A stretch of 58,045 nucleotides of DNA from positions 1 to 58,045 of the forward strand of contig JAWOID010000132.1 of NCBI GenBank assembly GCA_046484865.1, written 5' to 3'. Of this stretch, positions 8,477 through 18,698 are shown in pieces. A program made the position numbers and the translations under genes. The first letter of the stretch is position 1; each line of letters begins with the position of its first letter. The notes beneath the pieces are model-generated. The model saw nothing but the letters and a program-made list of their open reading frames with translations. It made no database searches and had not been told where the DNA came from. This DNA is from Candidatus Krumholzibacteriia bacterium. Lineage in GTDB: Bacteria > Krumholzibacteriota > Krumholzibacteriia > LZORAL124-64-63.

Positions 8477-10138
8477 CTAGCGCAGCGCGTCGTACAGCCG
8501 GCGCTTGATCTTCTTGGTCGGCGTCTTCTCGAATTCCTCGAACAGCAGCTGGAAGCGGACCACCTGGCTGTAGCCGGGCAGTTGCCGGTTCAGCTCCTGC
8601 CGGTTCTGCTCCATGAGGTCGCGGATCTGCTGCTCGTCCATCCCTTCCTCGTCGGCCCGCTCCACGTCGGGGTACACGAGGGCGGTGAGCTTGCCGTTGT
8701 CGTCGAGCACCAGCGCCTCGCCCACCAAGGGGAGCGAGTTGAGCTTCGACTCGATGGCCTCGGGGTAGATGTTCTGCCCGGTCGCCGAGAGGATGATGTT
8801 CTTGGAGCGGCCGGTGAGGTAGAGGAAGCCGTTCTCGTCCATGCGGCCGAGGTCGCCCGTGTGCAGCCAGCCCTCGCTGTCGATGGCGCTGCGGGTGGCC
8901 TCCTCGTCCTTGTAGTAGCCGAGCATCACGTTCTCGCCGCGCACGCACACCTCGCCGATGCCGGCCACCGGATCGGTCGGTTCGATCTTGCACTCGAGAT
9001 ACGGGATCACCTTGCCCACGCTGCCGGCGGGGGGGCGCTCGGCCACCACGGTGTAGCTGATCAGGGGGCCGCACTCGGTCATGCCGTAGCCGTTGGCCAG
9101 GGGGAAGTCGATGCTGCGGAAGAACTCCTCCACGCTGGTGTTCAGGGCCGCACCGCCCACCACCACCTCCTGGAAGGCGCCGCCGAACACGTCGGACACC
9201 TTCTCGCGGATCTTCTTCTTCACCATCCGGTTCAGCAGCGGGGTCTTCATCATCAGCTTCAGGCGCGGCGACTCGAGCTGCGGCTTGATCCGGTTCTTGT
9301 AGATCTTCTCGATGATCAGCGGCACCGACAGGATGATGCGCGGCTTCACCGCCGCGAAGACCTGCATGAGGATCTTCGGGGTGGGCATCTTCTCCACGAA
9401 CGTGACGTGGCAGCCCACCACGGTGGGGGAGATGAACTCGAACGCACAGCCGAAGCTGTGCGCCAGCGGCAGGAACGACACCACCGTGTTCTCGGGGCTG
9501 ATGTCCAGGTTGTCGATAAAATGGCGAGCGTTGATCATCAGGGCCTTGTGCGTGAGCATCACGCCCTTCGAGAAGCCCGTGGTGCCGGAGGTGTAGACGA
9601 TGGCCGCCAGGTTGTCGCCGGGCACCTTCGGGAAGCGCAGGCGGTCGGGGCCGAGCACGTCGCTGCGGCGGCCTCGGTACGCCTCGGCGACGGCCGTCAG
9701 CCGCTCCGCCAGGTCCTCGTCCGGGGCGTGCAGCAGCGCGAAGTCGTGCAGGCGGAACACCGCCTGCAGTCCACCCATCCGGCGCTCGTCGATGCGGTCG
9801 TAGATGCTTTCGGACGCGAACAGCATCTTCGCGTCCGAGTGCTTCACGATGTGCTGGATCTCGTCGCTGGTGAAGTCGGGCAGGATGGGCACGATGACGG
9901 CGCCGTAGGTGACCGCCGACAGGAATGTGACGGCCCAGTGCGCGCTGTTGCGACCGGCCACGGCGATCTTGTCGCCCGACTCCACGCCGCTCTCCTGGAA
10001 CAGGTGGTGCAAGAGCAGGATCCGTTCCACCACCTCGCCGTAGGTGAGGGTGGCGCCCTCCCAGTCCGTGTAGGCCGGGCGGTCCCAGTTGTGGCGGAAG
10101 CTCTCGGTGAAGCGCTCGACGAGGTTCTCGTTCAGCAT
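8477..10138 (-). CDS. Long-chain fatty acid-CoA ligase (AMP-binding)
   Basis: Motifs YTSGTTGFSKG, GYGMTECGP, WLHTGDLG and GQNIYPEAIE. Confidence 0.92.
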   Translation of the reverse strand: MLNENLVERFTESFRHNWDRPAYTDWEGATLTYGEVVERILLLHHLFQESGVESGDKIAVAGRNSAHWAVTFLSAVTYGAVIVPILPDFTSDEIQHIVKHSDAKMLFASESIYDRIDERRMGGLQAVFRLHDFALLHAPDEDLAERLTAVAEAYRGRRSDVLGPDRLRFPKVPGDNLAAIVYTSGTTGFSKGVMLTHKALMINARHFIDNLDISPENTVVSFLPLAHSFGCAFEFISPTVVGCHVTFVEKMPTPKILMQVFAAVKPRIILSVPLIIEKIYKNRIKPQLESPRLKLMMKTPLLNRMVKKKIREKVSDVFGGAFQEVVVGGAALNTSVEEFFRSIDFPLANGYGMTECGPLISYTVVAERPPAGSVGKVIPYLECKIEPTDPVAGIGEVCVRGENVMLGYYKDEEATRSAIDSEGWLHTGDLGRMDENGFLYLTGRSKNIILSATGQNIYPEAIESKLNSLPLVGEALVLDDNGKLTALVYPDVERADEEGMDEQQIRDLMEQNRQELNRQLPGYSQVVRFQLLFEEFEKTPTKKIKRRLYDALR

Positions 10139-10231
10139 CCGACGACCATCCAGTGGTGAGTGGGGCCCGAGGGGCAGAAGGCCCGAAGGGCAGAACGGCC
10201 GAGGCGCCAGCATACCCTGCCGAGACGGCGC

Positions 10232-11119
10232 TTACAAGACGCGGCCGCCGCCCGGGCCGCCGGCGGCGGTGCTGGCAGCCGGGCGCCGGCGGCGGCTGCC
10301 GACGAGGTGCACGGCCAGGTACACCACGCCCGCCAGCAGCACGGTGGTGGCCCCGGTGGGCAGGTCGGAACTGTAGCTGAGGGCCAGGCCGCCGGTCGTC
10401 AGCAGGGCGCTGAGAACTGCAGCGGCGATCATCAGCTGCCACAGGCGGTGCACGAAGCGGCCGGCAGCCGCCACCGGCAGCGACAGCAGCGCGATCACCA
10501 TCACCACGCCCACCACGTAGATGAGGGTGACCACCGTGAGCGCCGTCAGCAGCAGCAGCAGCGTGTAGAAGAACGGTACCGACACGCCGCGGGTGCGCGC
10601 GAAGTCCTCGTCGAACGAGATGGCCTGGAGCGGGTGGTAGAAGAGCGCCACCACCGTGAGGATGACCAGGTCGAGCACCAGCAGCAGGCGCAGGGTGCCG
10701 GCATCGGTCAGCAGGACGTTGCCGAACAGGTAGCTCATGAGGTCGGCCTTGTATCCCGGCGTATGGAAGAGGAAGAGCACGCCGGTCGCCATGCCCACCG
10801 CCCAGAGGGCGCTGATCACCGTGTCCTCGCGCTCGGAACTGCGCATGCGCACCAGCGCCAGCAGCAATGCGGCCAGGATGGCCGTCACCACGGCCCCGTG
10901 CAAAGGGTGCAGCCACGTCCAGCCGCGGGTGGCGGACAGGTAGTAGGCCGCCCCCATCCCGCCGAGCACCGTATGCGCCATGCTGCCCGCGATGGCGGTG
11001 ATCCGCCGGGTCACGACGAACGAGCCCACCACGCCGGCCGCCAGGCTGGCCATGAGTCCGGCGAAGAGCGCCTGGCGCAGGAACGCGAACTCGCCCAGCG
11101 CGGTGACGAACTCAGCCAT
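10232..11119 (-). CDS. znuB: Zn/Mn ABC transporter permease
   Basis: Motifs GSMAHTVLGG, YLFGNVL and SFDEDFARTRG, with multiple TMs. Confidence 0.88.
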   Translation of the reverse strand: MAEFVTALGEFAFLRQALFAGLMASLAAGVVGSFVVTRRITAIAGSMAHTVLGGMGAAYYLSATRGWTWLHPLHGAVVTAILAALLLALVRMRSSEREDTVISALWAVGMATGVLFLFHTPGYKADLMSYLFGNVLLTDAGTLRLLLVLDLVILTVVALFYHPLQAISFDEDFARTRGVSVPFFYTLLLLLTALTVVTLIYVVGVVMVIALLSLPVAAAGRFVHRLWQLMIAAAVLSALLTTGGLALSYSSDLPTGATTVLLAGVVYLAVHLVGSRRRRPAASTAAGGPGGGRVL

Positions 11120-11951
11120 CGCGACCCTCCCGGCGGGTGAGTTCGTGCCCGTTTCCGGCGCCGAGTTCGTGCCCGAGCCCGTGCTCGTGCCCATGTCCAT
11201 GTCCGTGCCCGTGCTGCACTGCGCGCAGGCCTTCGTGGCCCGGGAACAGGCGCGCCAGCTCCGGTCCGATGGCACTGGTGGGGTGCTGGGCCACCTCCAC
11301 GTTCACGCAGATGACCTGATTGCTGTGCCGGGAGACGGTGGCCACGTCATGGGACACCAGGACCACCGCCATGGACGCGTTGAGGCGGTGCAGCAGATCG
11401 TACAGGTCGTCCTGGATGGTGGGGTCGAGACTGGCAGTCGGCTCGTCCAGGAGCAGGAGCTGTGGGCGGCAGGCCAGGGCCCGGGCGATCAGCACACGCT
11501 GCCGCTGCCCGCCCGAGAGCGACGCGAAGGGGCGGCTGGCCAGGTCGCCTCCGTTGCAGGATTCCAGCGCCTGGCGGGCGGCGTCGCGGTCGGCGCGCCG
11601 GAACGGTCCGACGGGATGCCCGGGTCGCAGCCGGCCCATCAGCACCACGTCGCCGGCGGTCACGGGGAACTGCGGATCGAGATTCACGTGCTGCGGCATG
11701 TAACCCACGCGGCTGCGCGCGTGGCGGGGTTCGCGCCCGAAGACGCGCACGGTACCGGCGTCAGGCTCGATCAGGCCGAGGACGAGTCGCAGCAGGGTGG
11801 TCTTGCCGCCGCCGTTCGGACCGACGATCGACACGAAATCGCGCGTTGCGACCGTGATCGACGCGTGGTGCAGGACGTGGCGATCACCGTAGGTGAACGA
11901 CAGGTCCCGCACCTGCACGGCAGGCGTTTCGGTGAGCGCCGGGGCGGTCAT
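11112..11951 (-). CDS. znuC: Zn/Mn ABC transporter ATP-binding protein with His-rich tail
   Basis: Walker A GPNGGGKT, signature LSGGQ, LLLDEP, and tail HGHGHGHGHEHG. Confidence 0.9.
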   Translation of the reverse strand: MTAPALTETPAVQVRDLSFTYGDRHVLHHASITVATRDFVSIVGPNGGGKTTLLRLVLGLIEPDAGTVRVFGREPRHARSRVGYMPQHVNLDPQFPVTAGDVVLMGRLRPGHPVGPFRRADRDAARQALESCNGGDLASRPFASLSGGQRQRVLIARALACRPQLLLLDEPTASLDPTIQDDLYDLLHRLNASMAVVLVSHDVATVSRHSNQVICVNVEVAQHPTSAIGPELARLFPGHEGLRAVQHGHGHGHGHEHGLGHELGAGNGHELTRREGRDG

Positions 11952-12973
11952 CGCGTCAGCCCGTCGCGAATGGCCCGGGCCATGCGGCGCAGGTTGTCCG
12001 GCAGGTCGCGGGCAAGCACGTCGAGTTCCACCACCTCGACGTCCATCTCCCTCCCCACCCGATCCACCGCCTGGCCGGCGTGCTGCGGTTGCACGAACAG
12101 GGTGGACACCCCCCGCTCGCGGGCGCGGGTGATGACATCGGCCAGGTGACGCGGCGTGGGGGCGAGGCCGCCCTCCTCGAGCGACGTCTGCACCAGCCCG
12201 AACGCCTGCGCGAGGTAACCGAAGGCGGGGTGGAAGACCAGCATCTCCCGCCCTCGCACCGGGTCGAGGATCTCGTGCAGGTCGCGCTCGAGCCGCTCGA
12301 GCCGGGCCAGGACGCTGTCGCGGTTCGCGGCGTAGTAGGCGGCGCCGGGGGGGTCGCGTCGGGCCAGCACGCGTGCGACGGTGCGCACCTGTCCGGCCAC
12401 CAGTTCCGGGTCGAGCCACACATGGGGGTCGAGGCCGGCGTCGTGGCCGTGATCGTCGCGCGAGGAGTGGCCGTGATCGTGGCGGTCGGGGATCAGGTCG
12501 AGCCCGTCCCGCAGATCCACCACCTCGATGCCCGGGAAGCTCCGCGCCACGCGCGGCAGGAGTCCATCCTCCATCGGCAGGCCCGTGCGGAAGAGCAGAT
12601 GCACGTCCCGCAGGGCGGTGAGCTGGCGCGGGGTCGGGTCGTAGCTGTGGGGCGACTCGCCCTCGGTGAGGACCACGTGGACCGACACCCGGCTGCCGCC
12701 GACCTGCTCGACGATCCAGGCCTGCGGCGGGACCATCGCGGCCGCCTGGAGCACCGCTCCTGTCGCCTCCCCGCCGGGCGCGGGCACGGCGACGGCGTGC
12801 GGGGGCAGGCTCGCGGCCACATGCGGAGCGGCGGCGGTCGACTGCGCAGCGACCAGCGCCAGCGCGAACGCTACCAGCGAGAATGCCGCGCCCGTGAGTC
12901 CCGCGGCCGCCGGCCTTGCGGTCGCCGATCGCGAGAGCGGGACGAAATCAGCGATATCGGTTCGTGTTGTCAT
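11948..12973 (-). CDS. znuA: Zn/Mn ABC transporter substrate-binding protein
   Basis: SPHSYDPTP, His-rich loop, DPHVWLDP and FHPAFGY. Confidence 0.88.
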   Translation of the reverse strand: MTTRTDIADFVPLSRSATARPAAAGLTGAAFSLVAFALALVAAQSTAAAPHVAASLPPHAVAVPAPGGEATGAVLQAAAMVPPQAWIVEQVGGSRVSVHVVLTEGESPHSYDPTPRQLTALRDVHLLFRTGLPMEDGLLPRVARSFPGIEVVDLRDGLDLIPDRHDHGHSSRDDHGHDAGLDPHVWLDPELVAGQVRTVARVLARRDPPGAAYYAANRDSVLARLERLERDLHEILDPVRGREMLVFHPAFGYLAQAFGLVQTSLEEGGLAPTPRHLADVITRARERGVSTLFVQPQHAGQAVDRVGREMDVEVVELDVLARDLPDNLRRMARAIRDGLTR

Positions 12974-13021
12974 GGCGCCGCACAATAAACGCCCGGGCGG
13001 CCCGCTGGCAAGGCGGCTGAC

Positions 13022-13594
13022 TCATTCGCGGCCCGGCGGATCGACCTGGAAGTAGCGGGGCATGCTCAGCGGCCACTCGGGCGACGGGCCATCGGCCGAG
13101 CGGAACCGGCGCGGCAGCACCATGGCCGCCTTCGGCGACACGCTAGCGAGTTGCAGCAGCGACACGGCGTGCGGCACGTACCACAGGTGAGCGGGACAGC
13201 GCCGCGAGCAATCGCTGGCGCCGAAGCCGGGCACCGGCGCGCGTGCGCCCAGCTGCACGCCCACCTTGCTGTTCAGTTCGCACTCGCTCAGGTCGGGGTG
13301 CTCGCGGGTGCTCAGCAGGACCGCTCCCAGGGGCACCGCCGCCGGCTGCTCGATGAGCCGGTCGATGTGCCAGCGCACCTTCTTGTGGGGCTTGAAATGG
13401 CTGCGGACGCGCTGCACCAGATTGCGGCGCGCGCGCCCGGTGTAGACGTACCAGCCGGGCGGCAGGTCGTGCTCGCCGAGGGCTCCCACCGAGATGCGGA
13501 CTCCGGTCTCCAGGCGCACCAGGAAGAGATACAGCCCCCGGTTCTCGGGGGCGGCGGCATGCGGCCGCTGCAGTTCCTCGTCCGTGAACGACAT
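13022..13594 (-). CDS. DUF123 / GIY-YIG (Uri superfamily) nuclease-like protein
   Basis: Motifs GLYLF, GWYVYTGRA, RWHIDRL and GFGASDCSRRCPAHL. Confidence 0.8.
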   Translation of the reverse strand: MSFTDEELQRPHAAAPENRGLYLFLVRLETGVRISVGALGEHDLPPGWYVYTGRARRNLVQRVRSHFKPHKKVRWHIDRLIEQPAAVPLGAVLLSTREHPDLSECELNSKVGVQLGARAPVPGFGASDCSRRCPAHLWYVPHAVSLLQLASVSPKAAMVLPRRFRSADGPSPEWPLSMPRYFQVDPPGRE

Positions 13595-13733
13595 GATCTC
13601 CTCCGGTCCCAGCTCTCCGACGACGTTCCGGACGACCGTTCCGCAGATCATGGTAACCAAGGGAGCCGGTCCTGGAAAGCAGGGCTTTCCACCAGGCGCC
13701 GCGTCCGGACTGAGGCTCGCTCCGGCGACGGAA

Positions 13734-15746
13734 TCAGTGGCCGCCGAGTCGCTGCCTGGCGAGGTTCTCCACGCCGCCGGCCACCACCAGCTCCTGAACC
13801 GGCCGGCCCAGGGTGCCGAACGGGAAGCTGCGGTCACGCCAGCGGGCGAGCGACATCTCGAAGTCCAGCTCCACCATGTCCCCGGAGATCACCGTCTTCT
13901 CGCCGTCGGCGGCCTGCGTGGCGAACTCCTCGCGCAGCGCGTCCACCAGCTCGGGGCAGTTCACGCAGATGAAGCCGTTGTTGAAGGCGTTGCGCAGATA
14001 GGTCTGGCTGAAGCTGCCGGCCACCACCGCGCCGATTCCCGCCGCCATCAGGGCCGTGGCCGCCTGCTCGCGCGACGAGCCGGTGCCGAAATTGTAGCCG
14101 CCCACGATGATGTCGCTCGCCTGCATCCGGTCCGCGAAGGTGGGGTCGTAGTTCTCCATGACCACCCGGGCCATCATCTCGGGCGTCATGTCTTCGCGGT
14201 AGGTGTAGTCCTTGCCGTAGATGCCGTCGGTGTTGAGGTTATCAGTCGGCAGCCAGAGCAGCCGGCCCGCGAGCTGCGACGGAAAGCCGTCGATGATGTC
14301 GGTCCCGGCCGCAGCCACCGGCTCGCCGCGGCGTGATGCCGCGCGGAAGTGGCGCTGGGGCCGCCGGTCGGGCAGCTCGGTGCCTTCGGGGCCGGTGATG
14401 TAGCCCGCCACCGCGCTGGCGGCCACCACGGCCGGACTCGCCAGGTAGCAGCGCGCGTCACGGCTGCCCATGCGGCCCTTGAAGTTGCGGTTCGTGGCGG
14501 AGATGCCCACCTCGCCGGGCTCGAGCAGCCCGGTGCCGAGACCGATGCACGGCCCGCAGCCGGGCGGCAGAGTCTGCGCGCCGGCGTCGAGCAGGGTCTG
14601 CCAGACGTTCTTTCCGCGCGCCTCTTCCTCGACCAGCTTGCTGGCGGCGGCGAGGTAGAGCTGAACCCCGTCGGCCACCCGCCGGCCGCGCAGCACCTCG
14701 GCGGCCGCCTCGAGGTCCTCGGCCCGGCTATTGACGCAGGACACCAGGTAGGCCTTCTGGATCGCCACGCGGTCGCGGGCCAGCTGGGCGAGCGAGGTCA
14801 TGGTCTGCACGGTATCGGGTCCCGAGACGTGCGGCGTGACGTCGCCCAGGTTCAGGTCGATCTCGCCCGCGTAAACGGCGTCGCAGTCGGAGCTGGGGGG
14901 CTTGGCGGCCCAGAAGTCGATCTTCTCGTCGGTGAGACCGCTCTGCCGGCCCTCGCGACGCAGGTACGCCGCGCGCTCGCGCAGCCAGGCGATCGTGATC
15001 TCGTCCACCGGGAACCAGCCCACCAGGGCGCCCCACTCGGTGGTCATGTTGGCGATGGCCAGGCGCGACTCCATGGAGAGCGACCCCACGCCGTCGCCCG
15101 CGAACTCCACCGCCGCGTTCAGCACCTCACCCTGGTTGTAGATGCCGCAGAGGGTGATGATCACGTCCTTGCCGGTGCTGCCGGCGGGCAACTCGCCCAG
15201 CAGGTTCACCCGGACCGTTCGCGGCACCTGCCACCACACCCGACCCGTGGCCCAGAGCACCGCCGCATCGGTACGCACGACCGGCGTCCCCACCGCGCCC
15301 AGGGCGCCGTACATGTTGCTGTGACTGTCGCTCGCGACGACGAATCCGCCCGGTTGCACGTAGCCTTCCTCGACCATCACCTGGTGACCGATGCCGCGTC
15401 CGGCGGGGTAGTGATCCACGCCCTGATGCTCGGCGAACTCCTCGATCTCGCGATACTTGGCCAGGTTCTGCTCGCTCGTGTCCTGGATGTTGTGGTCGAG
15501 CGTGAAGACGGGCTGGCGCGGGTTCGCGAACCTGCCGGCCCCCAGGCCGCGGTACTTGAGCATCACCGCCGCGGTGTTGTCATGGGTCATCACGTGATCG
15601 GGAACCACCGTGACGTAGTCGCCCGCCTTCACCACGTGTCCGTCGGGCAGGTCCACGGCGTGGGCCTGGGTGATCTTCTCGATGACGGTCTGCTGCGTGC
15701 TGCGGGCCGTGTACGGGCTGGGCGGCGTCTGCGGACTCTGGGCCAT
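13734..15746 (-). CDS. lysF: Homoaconitase, single-chain fungal Lys4/LysF-type (aconitase family)
   Basis: Motifs THDN, DHN, GRGIGHQ, SDSHS, SCVN, CGPCIG, TNRNFKGRMG, with a fused swivel domain NTDGIY...FGTGSSREQA. Confidence 0.82.
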   Translation of the reverse strand: MAQSPQTPPSPYTARSTQQTVIEKITQAHAVDLPDGHVVKAGDYVTVVPDHVMTHDNTAAVMLKYRGLGAGRFANPRQPVFTLDHNIQDTSEQNLAKYREIEEFAEHQGVDHYPAGRGIGHQVMVEEGYVQPGGFVVASDSHSNMYGALGAVGTPVVRTDAAVLWATGRVWWQVPRTVRVNLLGELPAGSTGKDVIITLCGIYNQGEVLNAAVEFAGDGVGSLSMESRLAIANMTTEWGALVGWFPVDEITIAWLRERAAYLRREGRQSGLTDEKIDFWAAKPPSSDCDAVYAGEIDLNLGDVTPHVSGPDTVQTMTSLAQLARDRVAIQKAYLVSCVNSRAEDLEAAAEVLRGRRVADGVQLYLAAASKLVEEEARGKNVWQTLLDAGAQTLPPGCGPCIGLGTGLLEPGEVGISATNRNFKGRMGSRDARCYLASPAVVAASAVAGYITGPEGTELPDRRPQRHFRAASRRGEPVAAAGTDIIDGFPSQLAGRLLWLPTDNLNTDGIYGKDYTYREDMTPEMMARVVMENYDPTFADRMQASDIIVGGYNFGTGSSREQAATALMAAGIGAVVAGSFSQTYLRNAFNNGFICVNCPELVDALREEFATQAADGEKTVISGDMVELDFEMSLARWRDRSFPFGTLGRPVQELVVAGGVENLARQRLGGH

Positions 15747-16069
15747 GCTGGACCTCCTGGAGGTACCTGCGGATGGAGGCGCGGGGCGCCCCGGCGGCGA
15801 AGGACGATACGATCGGACACGATCGGAGGCGCCGCAAGTGGCCGCCAGCCGGGAGCGGCCCTCGCTCTGCTCGCCTCAGGTGATGGCGCCGTTCACCCGG
15901 TCCCGCGCCTCCTGCACCCGGGCCGCCACGCCGGCTGACGAGATCCCATCCTACCTGCGACCGGTTCGGGTCACAATGCCCGGGACCTGTTGATCCGGGC
16001 GCAACGACCGCTATATTGCTAGGCTGATGCGACCGGAACCATGGGAAATCTCGTCGGCGGAGGATCAGC

Positions 16070-17377
16070 GTGGGCAAGGACAGGGATGCAGGCAGCCGGA
16101 AGGTGCGGGGCGACGTGGGCAAGTGTGCGCCGGAGCGGGACGCCGAGGCGGGTGGCGGCGGGCCGAAGTTCGCGAGCATCAACCACAACAAGATCAAGGG
16201 CGTGATCGGGATCCTCACCGGCGGCGGCGACGTGCCCGGTCTGAATCCTGCCATTCGCGGCGTCACGTTCCGCGCCCTGCGCGAGGGTTACCAGGTGATC
16301 GGGCTGCGGCGGGGATGGGCCGGCGTGCTGGAACTGACGCGCGACCACGACGCCGACAACAGCGCCAATTTCCAGGTGCTCACCGAGGAGATCGTCAACC
16401 GCATGGGTCGCACGGGCGGCACCTTCCTGCACAGCTCCCGGACGCATCCGGGCCACGTCTCGCGCGACGCCGTGCCCCTGCAGTTCCGGGACGCCTACCA
16501 GGACGAGCGCAACGATCTCACCGCCGAGGTGATCGAGAACCTGGGCTGGCTGGGCATCGACTACCTGATCCCCATCGGCGGCGACGACACGCTCAGCTAC
16601 GGCGTGCGCCTCTACAAGGAGGGCGTGAAGGTCGTCGCCATCCCGAAGACCATGGACAACGACGTGCCGGGCACCGACTACTGCATCGGGTTCAGCACCT
16701 GCGTCACGCGCACCATCCAGATGACGAACAGCCTGCGCACCTCCGCCGGATCGCACGAGCGCATCCTGGTGCTCGAGGTGTTCGGCCGCTACGCCGGCTT
16801 CACGGCCATGCTGCCCACGATGGCGGGCGCGGCCAACCGCTGCGTCATCCCCGAGCACAAGTTCGACATCGAGCTGCTCACGCAACTCCTGGTGGAGGAC
16901 CGGCACCGGAACCCGAGCCGCTACTCCATCGTGCTCGTGAGCGAGGGTGCCATGCCCGCCGGCGGCGAGATGGTGTTCGCCGACACCACCACCGATGCCT
17001 TCGGCCACATGAAGCTGGGCGGCATCGGCGACCTGGTGTCCGCCAAGATCAAGGAGCTCTCCGCCAAGCACAACCGTGGCCGCACCGTGAACACCATCAA
17101 CCAGCGCCTGGGGTACCTGGTTCGCGGCGGCGACCCCGACGCCATCGACTCCATCGTGCCCATGGCCTACGGCAACCTGGCCCTCGACCTGATCCTCGAG
17201 GGCGTCCACGGCCGTCTGGTGGTGCTGAAGAACGGCCGCTACGACAACGTGCCGATCGAGGTGGTGACCAACACGAAGAAGTTCGTGAACGTCGCGCGCC
17301 ACTACAACACCGACCGCCTGCGCCCGCTCTACAAGAGCTTCTCGATGCAGCCGCTGTTCATCATGACGAGCGAGTAG
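16070..17377 (+). CDS. pfk: 6-phosphofructokinase (PfkA family, probably PPi-dependent)
   Basis: Motifs TGGGDVPGLN, GGDDTL, PKTMDND and EVFGR. Confidence 0.88.
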   Translation: MGKDRDAGSRKVRGDVGKCAPERDAEAGGGGPKFASINHNKIKGVIGILTGGGDVPGLNPAIRGVTFRALREGYQVIGLRRGWAGVLELTRDHDADNSANFQVLTEEIVNRMGRTGGTFLHSSRTHPGHVSRDAVPLQFRDAYQDERNDLTAEVIENLGWLGIDYLIPIGGDDTLSYGVRLYKEGVKVVAIPKTMDNDVPGTDYCIGFSTCVTRTIQMTNSLRTSAGSHERILVLEVFGRYAGFTAMLPTMAGAANRCVIPEHKFDIELLTQLLVEDRHRNPSRYSIVLVSEGAMPAGGEMVFADTTTDAFGHMKLGGIGDLVSAKIKELSAKHNRGRTVNTINQRLGYLVRGGDPDAIDSIVPMAYGNLALDLILEGVHGRLVVLKNGRYDNVPIEVVTNTKKFVNVARHYNTDRLRPLYKSFSMQPLFIMTSE

Positions 17378-17412
17378 GCCGCGCGGTGCGTCGATCCTGG
17401 AATCGGTCCGGC

Positions 17413-17922
17413 TCAGCCGAGCTTCGCCAGCGACTCGCGCACGAAGGCCGGTATGTCGCCGGGGTTCCGGCTGCTGACGAGATTGCCGTCGACCACGACC
17501 TCGCTGTCCTCGTACTCGACCCCTGCGTTCTTCAGGTCCTGCACGATCGACTTGTAGCCGGTGAACCGTCGTCCCTCGAGCACCTGGGCGGTGATCAGCA
17601 GCTGGCCGGCATGACAGATGGCGAAGACCGGCTTGCCCGACTGCACGAACCCGCGCGCGAAGGCCACCGCGTCCTCGTCCACGCGCAGCTGGTCGGGGGA
17701 GAAGCCACCGGGGATCAACAGCGCGTCGAAGTCGTCCACGTCGACCTCGCCCACGGCGTGGTCGATCTTCACCTCGGTCTGGTTCTTCTTGCCCTTGACC
17801 GTCTCGCCGCGCTTCAGGCCCACGTTGACGATCTCGTGACCGGCCTTCCGGAATTCCTCCACCGGCCGGGTGTATTCGACGTCCTCGAAGTCGTTGGCGA
17901 GAATGGCGGCGATCTTGGCCAT
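17413..17922 (-). CDS. PfpI/DJ-1 family protein (YhbO/YraA-like)
   Basis: Motifs FEDVEY, IPGGFSPD, AICHAG and SSRNPGDIPAF. Confidence 0.92.
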   Translation of the reverse strand: MAKIAAILANDFEDVEYTRPVEEFRKAGHEIVNVGLKRGETVKGKKNQTEVKIDHAVGEVDVDDFDALLIPGGFSPDQLRVDEDAVAFARGFVQSGKPVFAICHAGQLLITAQVLEGRRFTGYKSIVQDLKNAGVEYEDSEVVVDGNLVSSRNPGDIPAFVRESLAKLG

Positions 17923-18137
17923 GACGTTCCTCCCGGTGGGTCACGAAGGCTCGGCTCCGGTATCCGAACCGGCAAGCTATGCCGCCGCCGGCACGCCGCC
18001 CTCGGGAGTCTCCCGATCCGTGGTGGTCACGGGCCGAAGACCCTATAATAAGGACAACGCCAGTCCGAGTTCGGCCCCTGCGCCCGCCGGTCGGGAGGCG
18101 GGCGCGTTCAGATGGAGACCTTCCCGGGAGCGAAGCC

Positions 18138-18545
18138 ATGAAATCGACGCTACCGACGATCGGGACCCTCGTTGCAGGCCTCCTGACCCTGGCGTTCGCC
18201 ACCCACGTGGCGGCGGCCACGCACACGGTGGCCCAGGCCGGTTTCACTTTCTCGCCGCAGGCGCTGAACGTGGCGGCCGGCGACACCGTGGTATGGACCT
18301 GGAACAGCGATAGCCACACCGTGACCAGCGGCACCGGACCCGAAGATCCGGCAGCAGGCGACCTGTTCGACGCGCCGCTGACGGCGACGAACCCGTCCTT
18401 CAGCTACGTCTTCGGCAGTGCGGGTACCTTCCCGTACTTCTGTCGGCCGCACTTTCTGCTCGGGATGACGGGAACCGTCGAAGTGGAGCCCGGCGTGCCT
18501 GCGGAAACCACGAACTGGGGCTCCGTGAAGCGCCTGTTCCGCTGA
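18138..18545 (+). CDS. Secreted plastocyanin-like cupredoxin with a short C-terminal W..LFR tail
   Basis: Signal peptide, HTVT, type-1 Cu site YFCRPH...GM, and end VPAETTNWGSVKRLFR. Confidence 0.85.
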   Translation: MKSTLPTIGTLVAGLLTLAFATHVAAATHTVAQAGFTFSPQALNVAAGDTVVWTWNSDSHTVTSGTGPEDPAAGDLFDAPLTATNPSFSYVFGSAGTFPYFCRPHFLLGMTGTVEVEPGVPAETTNWGSVKRLFR

Positions 18546-18570
18546 CGCCCGCCGGCCACGGCACGAAAAC

Positions 18571-18601
18571 GACCGGCGGCCCCGTCCTGGGACCGCCGGT
18601 C
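18571..18601. terminator. GC-rich hairpin between convergent genes
   Basis: gaccggcggcccc-gtcct-gggaccgccggtc inverted repeat. Confidence 0.55.
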
Positions 18602-18698
18602 TCGCGTTTCCGATATCCGCTTCAGCATCCGCGGGCCACGTCCGGCCGCGCGTTCATGCGCAGCCGCGCCCCGCCTCGCTTCAACCTCCGCGGACCGC

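Noticed and set aside
13022..13594. GIY-YIG-like gene as a homing endonuclease or defence system
   Set aside because: It is a standalone DUF123-type gene with no intron, methylase or defence neighbours.
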